A DNA stretch of 55,568 nucleotides from IMG/VR virus record IMGVR_UViG_3300009157_000022, positions 1 to 55,568 of that record; one strand, 5' to 3'. The notes below the pieces were generated by a model, which worked only from the letters and a program-made list of their open reading frames with translations, was not told where the DNA came from and made no database searches. This stretch comes from a virus. Its lineage: Duplodnaviria; Caudoviricetes. Below, piece by piece: positions 44,839-53,147 of the stretch. The position numbers were made by a program, and so were the translations under genes. Within the stretch, counting starts at the first letter, position 1; every line of letters begins with the position of its first letter.

Positions 44839-45228
44839 ATGTTCACTCGCGTTCTGATTTGTCTCGCTCTGTTTTGCGGTGTCGCCGTTGCCGACGGCTC
44901 CGGCTCTGCTGCTGTGTCGTCGCTCCCAAGCGCTGCCGATGTCTCGCCGGTTGACCAAGCATCGTTTGCCTGGAAACTCTACAAGGCCGGCCACCTTGTA
45001 CCAGCGCTGATCGTTGCGGCGTTCTTCATCTTGTTTTTCCTCGAGCGGAAGATCTCATGGCTCCGCACCGGCTACCGCAAGGTCGCGGTCGCGTCCGTTC
45101 TCGGCGGTCTCGGCATGCTCGCCGAGCGTGTCGCGAGCGGGACCACGCCGAACACGATGATGCTCATGGGCGCATTCGGTGCCGCGTTCACGATGTGGAT
45201 GAAGACTCAGGGCGAACCGAAGGCGTAG
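44839..45228 (+). CDS. Putative holin / multi-pass membrane protein
   Basis: Signal-like N-terminus plus 3 TM; strong RBS; lysis region. Confidence 0.55.
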   Translation: MFTRVLICLALFCGVAVADGSGSAAVSSLPSAADVSPVDQASFAWKLYKAGHLVPALIVAAFFILFFLERKISWLRTGYRKVAVASVLGGLGMLAERVASGTTPNTMMLMGAFGAAFTMWMKTQGEPKA

Positions 45229-45230
45229 CC

Positions 45231-45479
45231 ATGGGCGAGCGTCTCAACCGTCACCTCGGCCCGGTCACGTCCTTGCTACCCGGCATGTACACGACCGAGA
45301 CAATGTCGGGCCGACCGGCCGTGTCGTGCAAACGGTGCGGCGGGATCTATGACGTGCCGAGCACGCACACGGTCGACGTCGAGGGCCGCGTCGTGCCGGC
45401 GCTGGCATGTCCGTACGAGCCGTGCGGGTTTCTCGACTACGTCACGCTCGGTGATTACCGCGAGGAGATCTTGCGATGA
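45231..45479 (+). CDS. Zn-ribbon protein
   Basis: CKRCG..VVPALACPYEPC. Confidence 0.55.
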   Translation: MGERLNRHLGPVTSLLPGMYTTETMSGRPAVSCKRCGGIYDVPSTHTVDVEGRVVPALACPYEPCGFLDYVTLGDYREEILR

Positions 45480-45559
45480 CGAGGATCGCCACCGACGTGC
45501 TCACGGCGTTCGTTCACGTACTGGCCTACGCGCTGTTGACGCTGGCGGGACTCCTGTGA
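45476..45559 (+). CDS. 27-aa hydrophobic peptide
   Basis: Own translation MTRIATDVLTAFVHVLAYALLTLAGLL; coupled at both ends. Confidence 0.45.
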   Translation: MTRIATDVLTAFVHVLAYALLTLAGLL

Positions 45560-45975
45560 TCGGCGTCGTCTATGCGCTCGTCGGACTACTTGCCGTCGCA
45601 ACCGGCGGCTTGGTGACGTTTGCGGTGATGAACAGCCGCGCGCAGAGCGGACGTGAGGGAGCGCGAGTCCTGGCGACATCGGTGTCCGGCGAGCTCGCAC
45701 GCGCCAAGGACACGATCGCTCGTGACGCCGGGACGATTCAAGAGCTTGCCGAGAACCTGAAACGAGAACAGGAGCGCGCCGATGCCCTCGACGATGAGCT
45801 GGCCGAGTCTTACAAGAGTCCTGATCCTGTCGGCGCTCGTGAGCGCGTGTTGCAAGCGTGGACCGACGCCCGTGACGCCGCTCGTGGTCGTCGAACGATC
45901 GCGCTGTCTACGCCATCCGCCGCCCGCCCCACCGGACCCGACGGTCTTCTCGATCCCTTCGACGGAGATAGCTAA
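45556..45975 (+). CDS. i-spanin (Rz-like)
   Basis: N-terminal TM plus periplasmic coiled coil; overlapped by a lipoprotein ORF. Confidence 0.75.
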   Translation: MIGVVYALVGLLAVATGGLVTFAVMNSRAQSGREGARVLATSVSGELARAKDTIARDAGTIQELAENLKREQERADALDDELAESYKSPDPVGARERVLQAWTDARDAARGRRTIALSTPSAARPTGPDGLLDPFDGDS

Positions 45976-46045
45976 CCTCTATGCGCGCATCGAGCAGCTC
46001 GAGCAGTGGGCGCGTGCAGCGTGGGCCGCATGCAAGGTGCCATGA
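45782..46045 (+). CDS. o-spanin (Rz1-like) lipoprotein
   Basis: LILSALVSACC lipobox, Pro-rich, +1 frame overlap. Confidence 0.75.
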   Translation: MPSTMSWPSLTRVLILSALVSACCKRGPTPVTPLVVVERSRCLRHPPPAPPDPTVFSIPSTEIANLYARIEQLEQWARAAWAACKVP

Positions 46046-46248
46046 CGCCCGCTGACTTCATCGCGGCGTGCGGCGGTGTGTTGGTCGCCTCGTTCGAGCT
46101 CGACGACGAGGGCCGCACGGTCGGAGCGCCGAGCACGCACAACCGGGCACCGCGCTGCGGCGCGTGCGGGCGACACGGGCACAACGTGAAACGATGCACG
46201 GGCGAGTTCAGTGAGCCGCGTCCGGCGTACGCGAGGCACAGACGGTGA
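46042..46248 (+). CDS. Small protein with CCHC zinc knuckle
   Basis: CGACGRHGHNVKRC. Confidence 0.6.
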   Translation: MTPADFIAACGGVLVASFELDDEGRTVGAPSTHNRAPRCGACGRHGHNVKRCTGEFSEPRPAYARHRR

Positions 46249-46442
46249 GCCACGGACGCGACTGCCCTGCGCGTTGTTCATTGTGTCTCGGCGCCACGCC
46301 GCGCGTCGTGAGCCAGGTCAACGGCGAGGTGACGATTGACGGCGTGCCCGTGCGGCCGATCGAACCGGCACCAGAGAACCCGTACGGCAAGATCCCGCGT
46401 CGCACGCCGGCGCATGTGCAGCGGGCGAGGAGAGCGCGATGA
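46245..46442 (+). CDS. Hypothetical protein
   Basis: Coupled overlaps; HxxxCxxxCxxC. Confidence 0.5.
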   Translation: MSHGRDCPARCSLCLGATPRVVSQVNGEVTIDGVPVRPIEPAPENPYGKIPRRTPAHVQRARRAR

Positions 46443-47131
46443 CGTGGCTCGAGGCACTGCTCAAGCTGTTTGCGCCGCAGGCGACGGCGCCGACCGTCGC
46501 GCTCCCAGGCGTGACGTTTCACGACCGCCGAAGGTTCGCGATCCAGGCGCATGGCCCCGAGCGGCAGTGGAAAACCACCGGGCGCAAGTGGAACCGAGTC
46601 ACCGGCATCACGCTGCACCAGACCGCGAGCCTACTCGGCGAGCGCCCCGAGCGATGGGACACCGTGGGTTGTCACGTCGGGATCACGCGCGCGGGTAAGG
46701 TGATTCACCTGCACGGGTTCGATCGGTGGGTCGCGCACGGCAACGCGTGGAATGACCAATGCGTCGGCATCGAGATTGACGGCTTGTACGCCGGTATCGA
46801 GGGCGACGAGTCGACGGTGTGGGACGACCCGAGCACGGCGCGACGCGAGACTGGGATGACGCCAACACCCGAGGCGATCAAGGCCGCGTGCGATACCGTG
46901 CGGTGGATCTGCGCCGAGGTGGAGCGTCACGGCGGCAAGGTGCACGCGCTCGTGGCGCACCGTCAGTCGTCGATGTCGCGGCGCAATGACCCGGGATCGG
47001 CGTTGTGGAAAGCCGTCGCGCTGCCGATGCACGCCGAGATCGGGCTGAGCGACGGCGGGGTCGGGTTCAAGCTCGGCGGATCGGCGATCCCGGAAGTTTG
47101 GGACGAACGGTGTAAGGGGATTCGTTACTGA
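46439..47131 (+). CDS. Endolysin, N-acetylmuramoyl-L-alanine amidase (Amidase_2)
   Basis: ITLHQT, VAHG, GIEIDG, VAHRQ, NDPG. Confidence 0.88.
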   Translation: MTWLEALLKLFAPQATAPTVALPGVTFHDRRRFAIQAHGPERQWKTTGRKWNRVTGITLHQTASLLGERPERWDTVGCHVGITRAGKVIHLHGFDRWVAHGNAWNDQCVGIEIDGLYAGIEGDESTVWDDPSTARRETGMTPTPEAIKAACDTVRWICAEVERHGGKVHALVAHRQSSMSRRNDPGSALWKAVALPMHAEIGLSDGGVGFKLGGSAIPEVWDERCKGIRY

Positions 47132-47141
47132 CGGCGTGCAT

Positions 47142-47501
47142 CTACAGCAGCCCAGCAACCTCCGCCTCGCCCGCGGTCATGCATCCGTCCCCGGTCCACT
47201 CCTCGGTGAGCCGCTCGATTTCAGCCTTGTCGGCAACGAGTTTGTTTCGCATCGCCTCCGGCGGATCGCCCATGTCGATCGGCACCGGATGGCCCATGCA
47301 CTCGCCGCCGGGATTGCAGCCGAGTTGCCATGCGCGCGAGACGGCATCGGCGTGGCATGTGCCTCGAACGAGCGCGACCCCGAGTAGATGCTGACCGGTC
47401 GACTGGGACGAGTCGCAGAACGAAAGCCACCACCAGGTCTCGTCCTGCGGGGTCACGCCTTCCAGGAAATCCTTTAGTTCGTCGCTCACCGGGCCACTCA
47501 T
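47142..47501 (-). CDS. Hypothetical protein
   Basis: WWWLSFCD..AWQLGCNPGGE. Confidence 0.6.
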   Translation of the reverse strand: MSGPVSDELKDFLEGVTPQDETWWWLSFCDSSQSTGQHLLGVALVRGTCHADAVSRAWQLGCNPGGECMGHPVPIDMGDPPEAMRNKLVADKAEIERLTEEWTGDGCMTAGEAEVAGLL

Positions 47502-47725
47502 CCATCCACCTCCGCCGCTGCGCCGCTGACCGTTTGACCGCACGAGCACCTGACGACAATCCAGAGATCGCCATCAATGTCGTACGTGATCGACCTGTCG
47601 ACGATGATGTGCACATCGGCCGTGCGACGACCGCAGGCCGCCGGAAGTAGATCGCCGACCTTTGATGTCAGCATCCACCTGGCATCGGCACGTGAGAGGG
47701 TCCGGATCGGTGAAACGTCGCTCAT
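47498..47725 (-). CDS. Hypothetical protein
   Basis: RBS GGGAG; coupled. Confidence 0.5.
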   Translation of the reverse strand: MSDVSPIRTLSRADARWMLTSKVGDLLPAACGRRTADVHIIVDRSITYDIDGDLWIVVRCSCGQTVSGAAAEVDG

Positions 47726-47804
47726 CTCATCTCCCTAACCCCCGCCGTGTGCGGCGGGTGGGTTCGCCCCTCTGGGTTGTAGCGCAATCGGGCGGGGTTT
47801 CCAC

Positions 47805-47996
47805 TTGCTCACCCGTTGCTCGCATACCGCACATCTCGACGATAATACACGACTCCACGCGCCCTGAAAATCCGCGTGTCGTTGGTTCAATTCCGACCCT
47901 GGGCACCGTTTCTCGACGAGGACTCCGACGGAGCCGATTTGGCCCTCGTCTCATTGGTAGCCTGGAGTGCCATGGAGTATTGCTCACCCGTTGCTC
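47805..47996. repeat. 17-bp direct repeats TTGCTCACCCGTTGCTC (47805-47821, 47980-47996), probable integrase arm sites
   Basis: Exact copies either side of the att core. Confidence 0.75.
47864..47907 (+). other. attP core: 3' half of tRNA-Phe(GAA)
   Basis: CTGAAAA anticodon loop, TCCGCGTGTC, T-arm GTTGG-TTCAATT-CCGAC, acceptor CCTGGGC-ACC; next to integrase 3' end. Confidence 0.88.
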
Positions 47997-49047
47997 AGGC
48001 CGCCCGGATCCTAGGGAGGCTGGCAATGGCGGCGGTAAAGTTCGCATCGCTCAGCCGCCCGTAGACCTTCTCCACCATGCGCGTGGACGTGTGGCCAAGG
48101 AGCTGTGCGACCACGAGCGAGTCATGCCCCTGTTGCTTGAGCCAGCTCGCAAACGTCCGGCGCAGGTCATTCGGTGTCACCGCGTGTAGCCGTGGCGGCG
48201 GTTTGCGCTTGCGTTTGAACGACGCCGCTTCGTCCTGACGGTTGATGCGCTCGATCGCTGCGGCAAGGTCGCGCCGCACGTTGGGCCACTTCAGCACGAC
48301 CCGGTCACCCTTGCGCCGCTTGTACTCCGCACGGAGCAACCGTTCCAGGTCCGCGCCGATCGGCACCACGCGCCACGAGCTCGCCGTCTTGCGTCCCGGC
48401 ACGCGCAACCGCTTGGCCGACAGGTCTACGTGCTCCCACCGGAGCGACTCCACCTCGGACAGACGGAGCCCCGCCAGCATCGCCAGGGCGGCCCACAGGC
48501 GCCGTAGCGGGTGGGCAAGCTCGCGGAGCAGCCGCCCACCATTCGCCGCGGTAAGCCAGTTCTCGCGCGGCTCGTAGTTGACCTTCACACTGGGCACTAT
48601 GGCGCGCGGGTCGCCTCGCCATAGGTCGCGCTCGCGAGCCTCGTGGAGCGCGCGGCGCAGCACGACCATCTCTTTGTGGATCGTCCCATCTGCCGCGCCC
48701 TGTCGCCTGCGCTCGCCCATGTACGCGAGCACGACGTCACGGGTCAGTTCCGCGAGATCGATATCGCCAAGCCCGTTGACTAGGTTCTCGCCTTTCTGGC
48801 GATACGCTTTCCAGGTAGGGGCGGCGTTGCCGTGAGACACGACCGCGAGCAAGTCGCCGATGGCCGCTTTCAGCGAGTGCCGCGAGTGCGCTGGCTTGTC
48901 GGTCGATACCAGTTCAAGTTGTCGGAGGCGGGCACGCGCGACCGCCGAGTCTTTGGTTCCGAGCGACCTGCGGCGGTGCCTGCCTTTCGTGTCCGTCCAG
49001 TAGCCGTAGTACGTGCCGCCTTTGCGCCGCTGGTAGATTCGTCCCAT
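47995..49047 (-). CDS. int: Tyrosine integrase
   Basis: AGLRLSE, K, NDLRRTFASW, LLGH, Y. Confidence 0.95.
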   Translation of the reverse strand: MGRIYQRRKGGTYYGYWTDTKGRHRRRSLGTKDSAVARARLRQLELVSTDKPAHSRHSLKAAIGDLLAVVSHGNAAPTWKAYRQKGENLVNGLGDIDLAELTRDVVLAYMGERRRQGAADGTIHKEMVVLRRALHEARERDLWRGDPRAIVPSVKVNYEPRENWLTAANGGRLLRELAHPLRRLWAALAMLAGLRLSEVESLRWEHVDLSAKRLRVPGRKTASSWRVVPIGADLERLLRAEYKRRKGDRVVLKWPNVRRDLAAAIERINRQDEAASFKRKRKPPPRLHAVTPNDLRRTFASWLKQQGHDSLVVAQLLGHTSTRMVEKVYGRLSDANFTAAIASLPRIRAA

Positions 49048-49208
49048 GGTCCCCTGGTGAGCGGGGAAAGGTAACGCGACAGCGCAGGCTCAGGCACGCG
49101 GATCAAGCGACCAATGCGGACGTGCACGCACTCCCGAGCGATGCGATAGGCTTTCGCACGCGAGACGCCAAGCTGTTTGGCGATCTGCTCGGGGGAGAGG
49201 TAAATCAC
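48870..49208 (-). CDS. xis: Excisionase (HTH_17-like) overlapping the int 5' end
   Basis: YLSPEQIAKQLGVSRAKAYR..RIGRLIRVP. Confidence 0.8.
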   Translation of the reverse strand: MIYLSPEQIAKQLGVSRAKAYRIARECVHVRIGRLIRVPEPALSRYLSPLTRGPWDESTSGAKAARTTATGRTRKAGTAAGRSEPKTRRSRVPASDNLNWYRPTSQRTRGTR

Positions 49209-49375
49209 CCGAGCACCTTCCGCTCCTCGTCGAGATGCCTCGCCCTGTCCTCGGCAGTTCGGTACCGATACACCACGGTCCCGAGGTGCTGAGACTGACC
49301 GGACACGCGCTCGACGACACGCGACCGCCCGAATCGAGCGAATGGGAAGTCCTGGGATGGATCGTAGGCGTCCAT
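49205..49375 (-). CDS. Small hypothetical protein
   Basis: RBS GGGAGG; coupled to xis. Confidence 0.5.
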   Translation of the reverse strand: MDAYDPSQDFPFARFGRSRVVERVSGQSQHLGTVVYRYRTAEDRARHLDEERKVLG

Positions 49376-49524
49376 TAGTCCCTCCCAGCGGGAGGTTGAT
49401 AAGGCACCATGCGGGAACCACACAGAGGACACACGAAGGCTTTTTTGCTCGACGTGTGCACCTCGACATCGCACCAGGTACAGAGCCACTCTTCCCTCCT
49501 GTCGATGCGAGCACGGCGGGTCAT
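49375..49524 (-). CDS. Small Zn-ribbon protein
   Basis: Own translation MTRRARIDRREEWLCTWC..FVCPLCGSRM. Confidence 0.5.
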   Translation of the reverse strand: MTRRARIDRREEWLCTWCDVEVHTSSKKAFVCPLCGSRMVPYQPPAGRD

Positions 49525-49757
49525 GGGGAGACTCGCCCGCATCCTGGCGTCCATACTGTCGCGTCATGCGTGTCGCTCTCAAACGGGAACAGCATCACCG
49601 TCGCAGTCGCCAGACCGCATTCGTACGCCCTACACAGCGCCCCTGCTACGGCGAGATTGTAGGCGAGCACTGCGACCCGCCGATGCACGTCGCAAATGCG
49701 TTCGCCTCCGACGCGACCGAACCAGTCGCATGCTTTGCAGTCGGACGGTCCGGTCAT
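49521..49757 (-). CDS. Cys-rich hypothetical protein
   Basis: Coupled ORF. Confidence 0.5.
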   Translation of the reverse strand: MTGPSDCKACDWFGRVGGERICDVHRRVAVLAYNLAVAGALCRAYECGLATATVMLFPFESDTHDATVWTPGCGRVSP

Positions 49758-49936
49758 CGCTTCCCCTTCGCCGCATCACGCGCGGCGGATTGGAGTGCAC
49801 GGGCGAGCTGCTCGGCTTCGAGCGAGGTCATGTAGCGAACGTTGAAATCGAGCACGACGTAGTCGTCAACGACTTGCACAACGGCACCGTCGTTTAGCGC
49901 TCCAATTGGCACGACCCATTGCGGACTGGCTTTCAT
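49754..49936 (-). CDS. Hypothetical protein
   Basis: MTSLEAEQLARAL motif common in small phage proteins. Confidence 0.5.
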   Translation of the reverse strand: MKASPQWVVPIGALNDGAVVQVVDDYVVLDFNVRYMTSLEAEQLARALQSAARDAAKGKR

Positions 49937-50081
49937 GCTGCGCCTCTCATCGTGTCGCCGAGTAACCAGTGAGCCGCCGCCGGGTTTCGGATCGCGATCG
50001 CGAGTCCTTCCCACGACCGGAGAAACGCCCGCCAGGGGTTGCAGACGCGACAGCAGCACGGGGAGCAGAAGGGGCAATGAT

Positions 50082-50702
50082 TCACGCCGCCACTCCCCGC
50101 ACGCGGTAAACGGAGCGGGCCATGTCTAGGAGGACGTCGCGGAACGAGTCTGGTGTTCTCGCCGCTACGTCACGCCCAACGCGGGGACGGTCCCCGCGTT
50201 TGTGGCCGCGCGTGTTGTTGCCGCACCACGACACCCAAACGCGGCTCTGCTGATCTGGAATGTGCCCCCACAGCAGGTCGGGCAACTCAACGTCGACGGC
50301 GTAGAGCCACGTGGCTTTCTTGGCGACGTGACCGTACCGGCCTTGCTCGACGTAGCAGGACCAACCGCCGTGCGTGTCACGTGCCCAACCTCCGCCGGTT
50401 GGCGGCGGTGGCAAGTTGAACGCTGGCCAGGCGTCGCTATACGCCGGGTGTTCGAGCACGCCCCCCCATGTTCGCAGCGAGCGGAGCGCTGACTTGAAGC
50501 AGCCGCCATCGTCGCCGCGTTTGTGTCCCCAGCGAGCCTCGACAAGACCGGCGAGTCGGCACCAGCGAGAACACGGCGAATGGCAGACAACCGGATGCGG
50601 ACCGGCGTACAACCGTGCATCGCGCGAGATGTCCCACGGGTCGACGTCTGGCAGGTTCCAGTACGGGCCTCCGCGTTCGACGAAGAGAGCGGCGACTTTC
50701 AC
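50082..50702 (-). CDS. Divergent cytosine-MTase-like phage protein
   Basis: VAALFV..WD..RDAR.Y.GPHPVVCHSPC..VLEHPA..GH..KKATWLY. Confidence 0.55.
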   Translation of the reverse strand: MKVAALFVERGGPYWNLPDVDPWDISRDARLYAGPHPVVCHSPCSRWCRLAGLVEARWGHKRGDDGGCFKSALRSLRTWGGVLEHPAYSDAWPAFNLPPPPTGGGWARDTHGGWSCYVEQGRYGHVAKKATWLYAVDVELPDLLWGHIPDQQSRVWVSWCGNNTRGHKRGDRPRVGRDVAARTPDSFRDVLLDMARSVYRVRGVAA

Positions 50703-51025
50703 GGCGCCAACCTCCACAGCTTTCGTCGGCGTACTCTCTCGCGCCATTCCTCTGGCGAGTCAGACCAGCCTGCCGTCGAGTACACGCCGTGAACCTTCAC
50801 AACGATTCGCCCGTTTCCGCTCGCGTTATGCTCGATGATCAGGTTCGTCTTGCCCTGGACCCAGATGTCGCCAACCTTCGGAGCCAGGTCACGAGTTCGA
50901 TAGTGGTACCAGCGCGCCCAGGCCAGAGTGATTAGCGGCTCAACAACCAGGTGCAGCAAGAGCAATGCGACAAGCCCGACGATGGGCGCCAGCACGGCAT
51001 AGCCAATCACGGCCCAGGGACTCAC
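50699..51025 (-). CDS. Membrane protein
   Basis: Long N-terminal hydrophobic segment. Confidence 0.55.
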   Translation of the reverse strand: MSPWAVIGYAVLAPIVGLVALLLLHLVVEPLITLAWARWYHYRTRDLAPKVGDIWVQGKTNLIIEHNASGNGRIVVKVHGVYSTAGWSDSPEEWRERVRRRKLWRLAP

Positions 51026-51267
51026 CGCTTCCCTCCGAGTTGGGCGCGCATGGTTTTCGCGTCCACGACGTCAGCTGCCTTCAGCAACACGGCCGCAAGT
51101 TCGCGGGCCTTGTCCGGTGTCAGATACGAAGACGCTGATCTAACTCCTGGGTCGCTATTGATGCGGATGTCGTACTCGTATCCGAACCCCGTGCCGAGAT
51201 TGTTGCGCGTAACCGACACCGAAACGGCGTGCCACTTGTTCGTGCGAATGCAGCGACGGAGAATCAT
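51022..51267 (-). CDS. Hypothetical protein
   Basis: LTPDKARELAAVLLKAAD. Confidence 0.55.
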   Translation of the reverse strand: MILRRCIRTNKWHAVSVSVTRNNLGTGFGYEYDIRINSDPGVRSASSYLTPDKARELAAVLLKAADVVDAKTMRAQLGGKR

Positions 51268-51539
51268 CGCTCCCCCCACTGAAACACCGCAACATCCACC
51301 GCGTCGCGAATCCTCGCCTCACGCTCTGCACCCGGCTCCCACAGCCGGCACAGGTCGGCGATCCATTCGGCTAGCTGGAGTTCGCGGCGGGGAGGTGGAG
51401 TGGCGGGGCCGAGGGAGAGCCAGGCGCCGCAACCGATGCAGCGGAATTGCTCGCACGCCACAATGTTCATCGGCTGATCGTCCAGGTTAAACCACTCGCC
51501 CGGCATCAGGTGATCTGCGTTCCCGTGCCGACACTTCAT
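51264..51539 (-). CDS. Hypothetical Cys-containing protein
   Basis: Coupled ORF. Confidence 0.5.
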   Translation of the reverse strand: MKCRHGNADHLMPGEWFNLDDQPMNIVACEQFRCIGCGAWLSLGPATPPPRRELQLAEWIADLCRLWEPGAEREARIRDAVDVAVFQWGER

Positions 51540-51790
51540 CTCGTCCCCCGAGCGGCGGAGATGAGGCGGTAGAGGACGGTTCGAGCCAGCCGGTAACGGT
51601 AGCTACCGACATAGGGGTCACTGCACAGCTCTGTCAACGCCTCGGCCTCCTTCGCTGTCAGGTCCACGGCGCGTCTCTCGCGCACTTCGAATATCAGCCG
51701 TTGCACCAGCACGGACCGAGGCGGCTCACCGAGGTGCGTCGGGAACAGCTTGTAGACATCGTCCAGTTCCTCCTCGCTAAGCCGTGCCAT
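51536..51790 (-). CDS. Hypothetical protein
   Basis: Coupled ORF. Confidence 0.5.
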   Translation of the reverse strand: MARLSEEELDDVYKLFPTHLGEPPRSVLVQRLIFEVRERRAVDLTAKEAEALTELCSDPYVGSYRYRLARTVLYRLISAARGTR

Positions 51791-52487
51791 CGTCTTGCTC
51801 CTTGGCGGTGAATTTCACTGCGTTAACCGCGAGCAGCAGCTCATCGCCCGGATATGCCGGGAACCGCGGGTGAGGCTTGCCGACATAGGCCGTCTCGCAC
51901 CAGGTCTTAGCCGCCTCGTACACCGCTCGCATCCGCTCATTATCTGCCTTGAGCCGGGCGAGATCGGCGCGCGCCGCGTCCCTCTCAGCCCGCAGATGCG
52001 CGTGGTGCGCTGCTTCAATGTCGCGCTGGGAGCGATAGTTGACCGCCGCAGCCCGGAGCTTTTTTCGCTCGCCCTTCCACGTATCACGGAGTCCGCCTTT
52101 AATCTTGGCAACGAACGATTCCGCGACCTGCAAGCGACGTTCTAGCCTTTCATTCTGTCGCACTCGGCCTGCGACCTGTCGCAGCGCGTCACTAAGCTCT
52201 TTCTCCAACTCCGCCACGCGAGCGCGGAGGGAGTCGCGCTGCTCGAGGAGCCGCTGAAAATCCTGCTTGACTTCCTCTTCGCTCAGCTTGCGCAACCTCA
52301 AGCCGTCTGCAATGGAATCCATTGCGTGACACACGTAACCGATGCGCATTTGGTGAATATCGACGGCTTCGGGAGGACAAAAATGGGCGTCCTCACACTG
52401 CTTGAGAATCGCTCGCGCCGCCTTCTCTGCCATTGCCCAGTCGATTTCGAGTCCGCTTCTGATTAGTGGTTTCTTCTCGTCGCTCAC
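51777..52487 (-). CDS. Coiled-coil hypothetical protein
   Basis: Heptad-rich; GTGA overlap. Confidence 0.55.
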   Translation of the reverse strand: MSDEKKPLIRSGLEIDWAMAEKAARAILKQCEDAHFCPPEAVDIHQMRIGYVCHAMDSIADGLRLRKLSEEEVKQDFQRLLEQRDSLRARVAELEKELSDALRQVAGRVRQNERLERRLQVAESFVAKIKGGLRDTWKGERKKLRAAAVNYRSQRDIEAAHHAHLRAERDAARADLARLKADNERMRAVYEAAKTWCETAYVGKPHPRFPAYPGDELLLAVNAVKFTAKEQDDGTA

Positions 52488-52846
52488 TTCTCCCCCGCCT
52501 TTCCGTCGATCTCCGATCGAATCGCGTCGATCAGTTCGGCCTCGCCTGGATAAAACGAGTTCTGAAGACAGGCGATGTCGCATGCCTCGCGGCACAGCGA
52601 TTTGAGTCTTTTGATCTCGTCCAGCAACGCCAGCACCGTCGAGGGCGAGCAAGCGGCGATGAACCTACCCTGCGCATGCGTCCGCTCGTCAACCTGCTCC
52701 GGTTGCCACGAGACGCCGTCGTAAAGCGTCCCGTCGAGGGCAAACTGAGACGTGTCCACCTGACCGCGGACCTCCGAATAGAGCCACTCGCCGGGCATGG
52801 CCGCCTCTGCCAGTGCGCGGAGCTTGGACAGGTCAGGTCCCGTCAT
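52484..52846 (-). CDS. Ead/Ea22-like protein
   Basis: LRALAEAAMPGEW..FIAACSPSTVLALLDEI. Confidence 0.75.
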   Translation of the reverse strand: MTGPDLSKLRALAEAAMPGEWLYSEVRGQVDTSQFALDGTLYDGVSWQPEQVDERTHAQGRFIAACSPSTVLALLDEIKRLKSLCREACDIACLQNSFYPGEAELIDAIRSEIDGKAGEK

Positions 52847-53049
52847 GACTTCTTGCACCCCTTCCCCGGCCTGCACCACGCGTTGGTCATGTCGTAGTAG
52901 ACCTGCAACTCGACGAATCGCGCACGCCGTCTCTGTTTGCAGCAGCGACACCAGACGAACGCATGCGGGCTTGTCGTGTGCAGGTAGTCGAACCCCGGCA
53001 CTCGGTACCGGGTCGCTGGTTGTCTCTTTGCTGTGTAGACGTGAATCAT
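52843..53049 (-). CDS. Small Cys-rich protein
   Basis: ATGA overlap. Confidence 0.5.
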   Translation of the reverse strand: MIHVYTAKRQPATRYRVPGFDYLHTTSPHAFVWCRCCKQRRRARFVELQVYYDMTNAWCRPGKGCKKS

Positions 53050-53053
53050 CTCG

Positions 53054-53108
53054 TCATGCTCCCCGGACTCGAACCGACCGCCGCACGCCTACTCGTGCTT
53101 GGAACATG
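53054..53108 (-). ncRNA. tRNA-like structured RNA lacking a D arm
   Basis: CATGTTCC/GGAGCATG stem, GCACG-AGTAGG-CGTGC hairpin, TCGG-TTCGAGT-CCGG T arm; intergenic. Confidence 0.5.
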
Positions 53109-53147
53109 TGCCGTAGTTTGGTGAGCGCTGGCCTGCAGCGCGGGGAT

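Noticed and set aside
47830-47910. Complete phage tRNA-Phe gene
   Set aside because: 5' acceptor strand, D arm and 5' anticodon stem are absent; better explained as attP core
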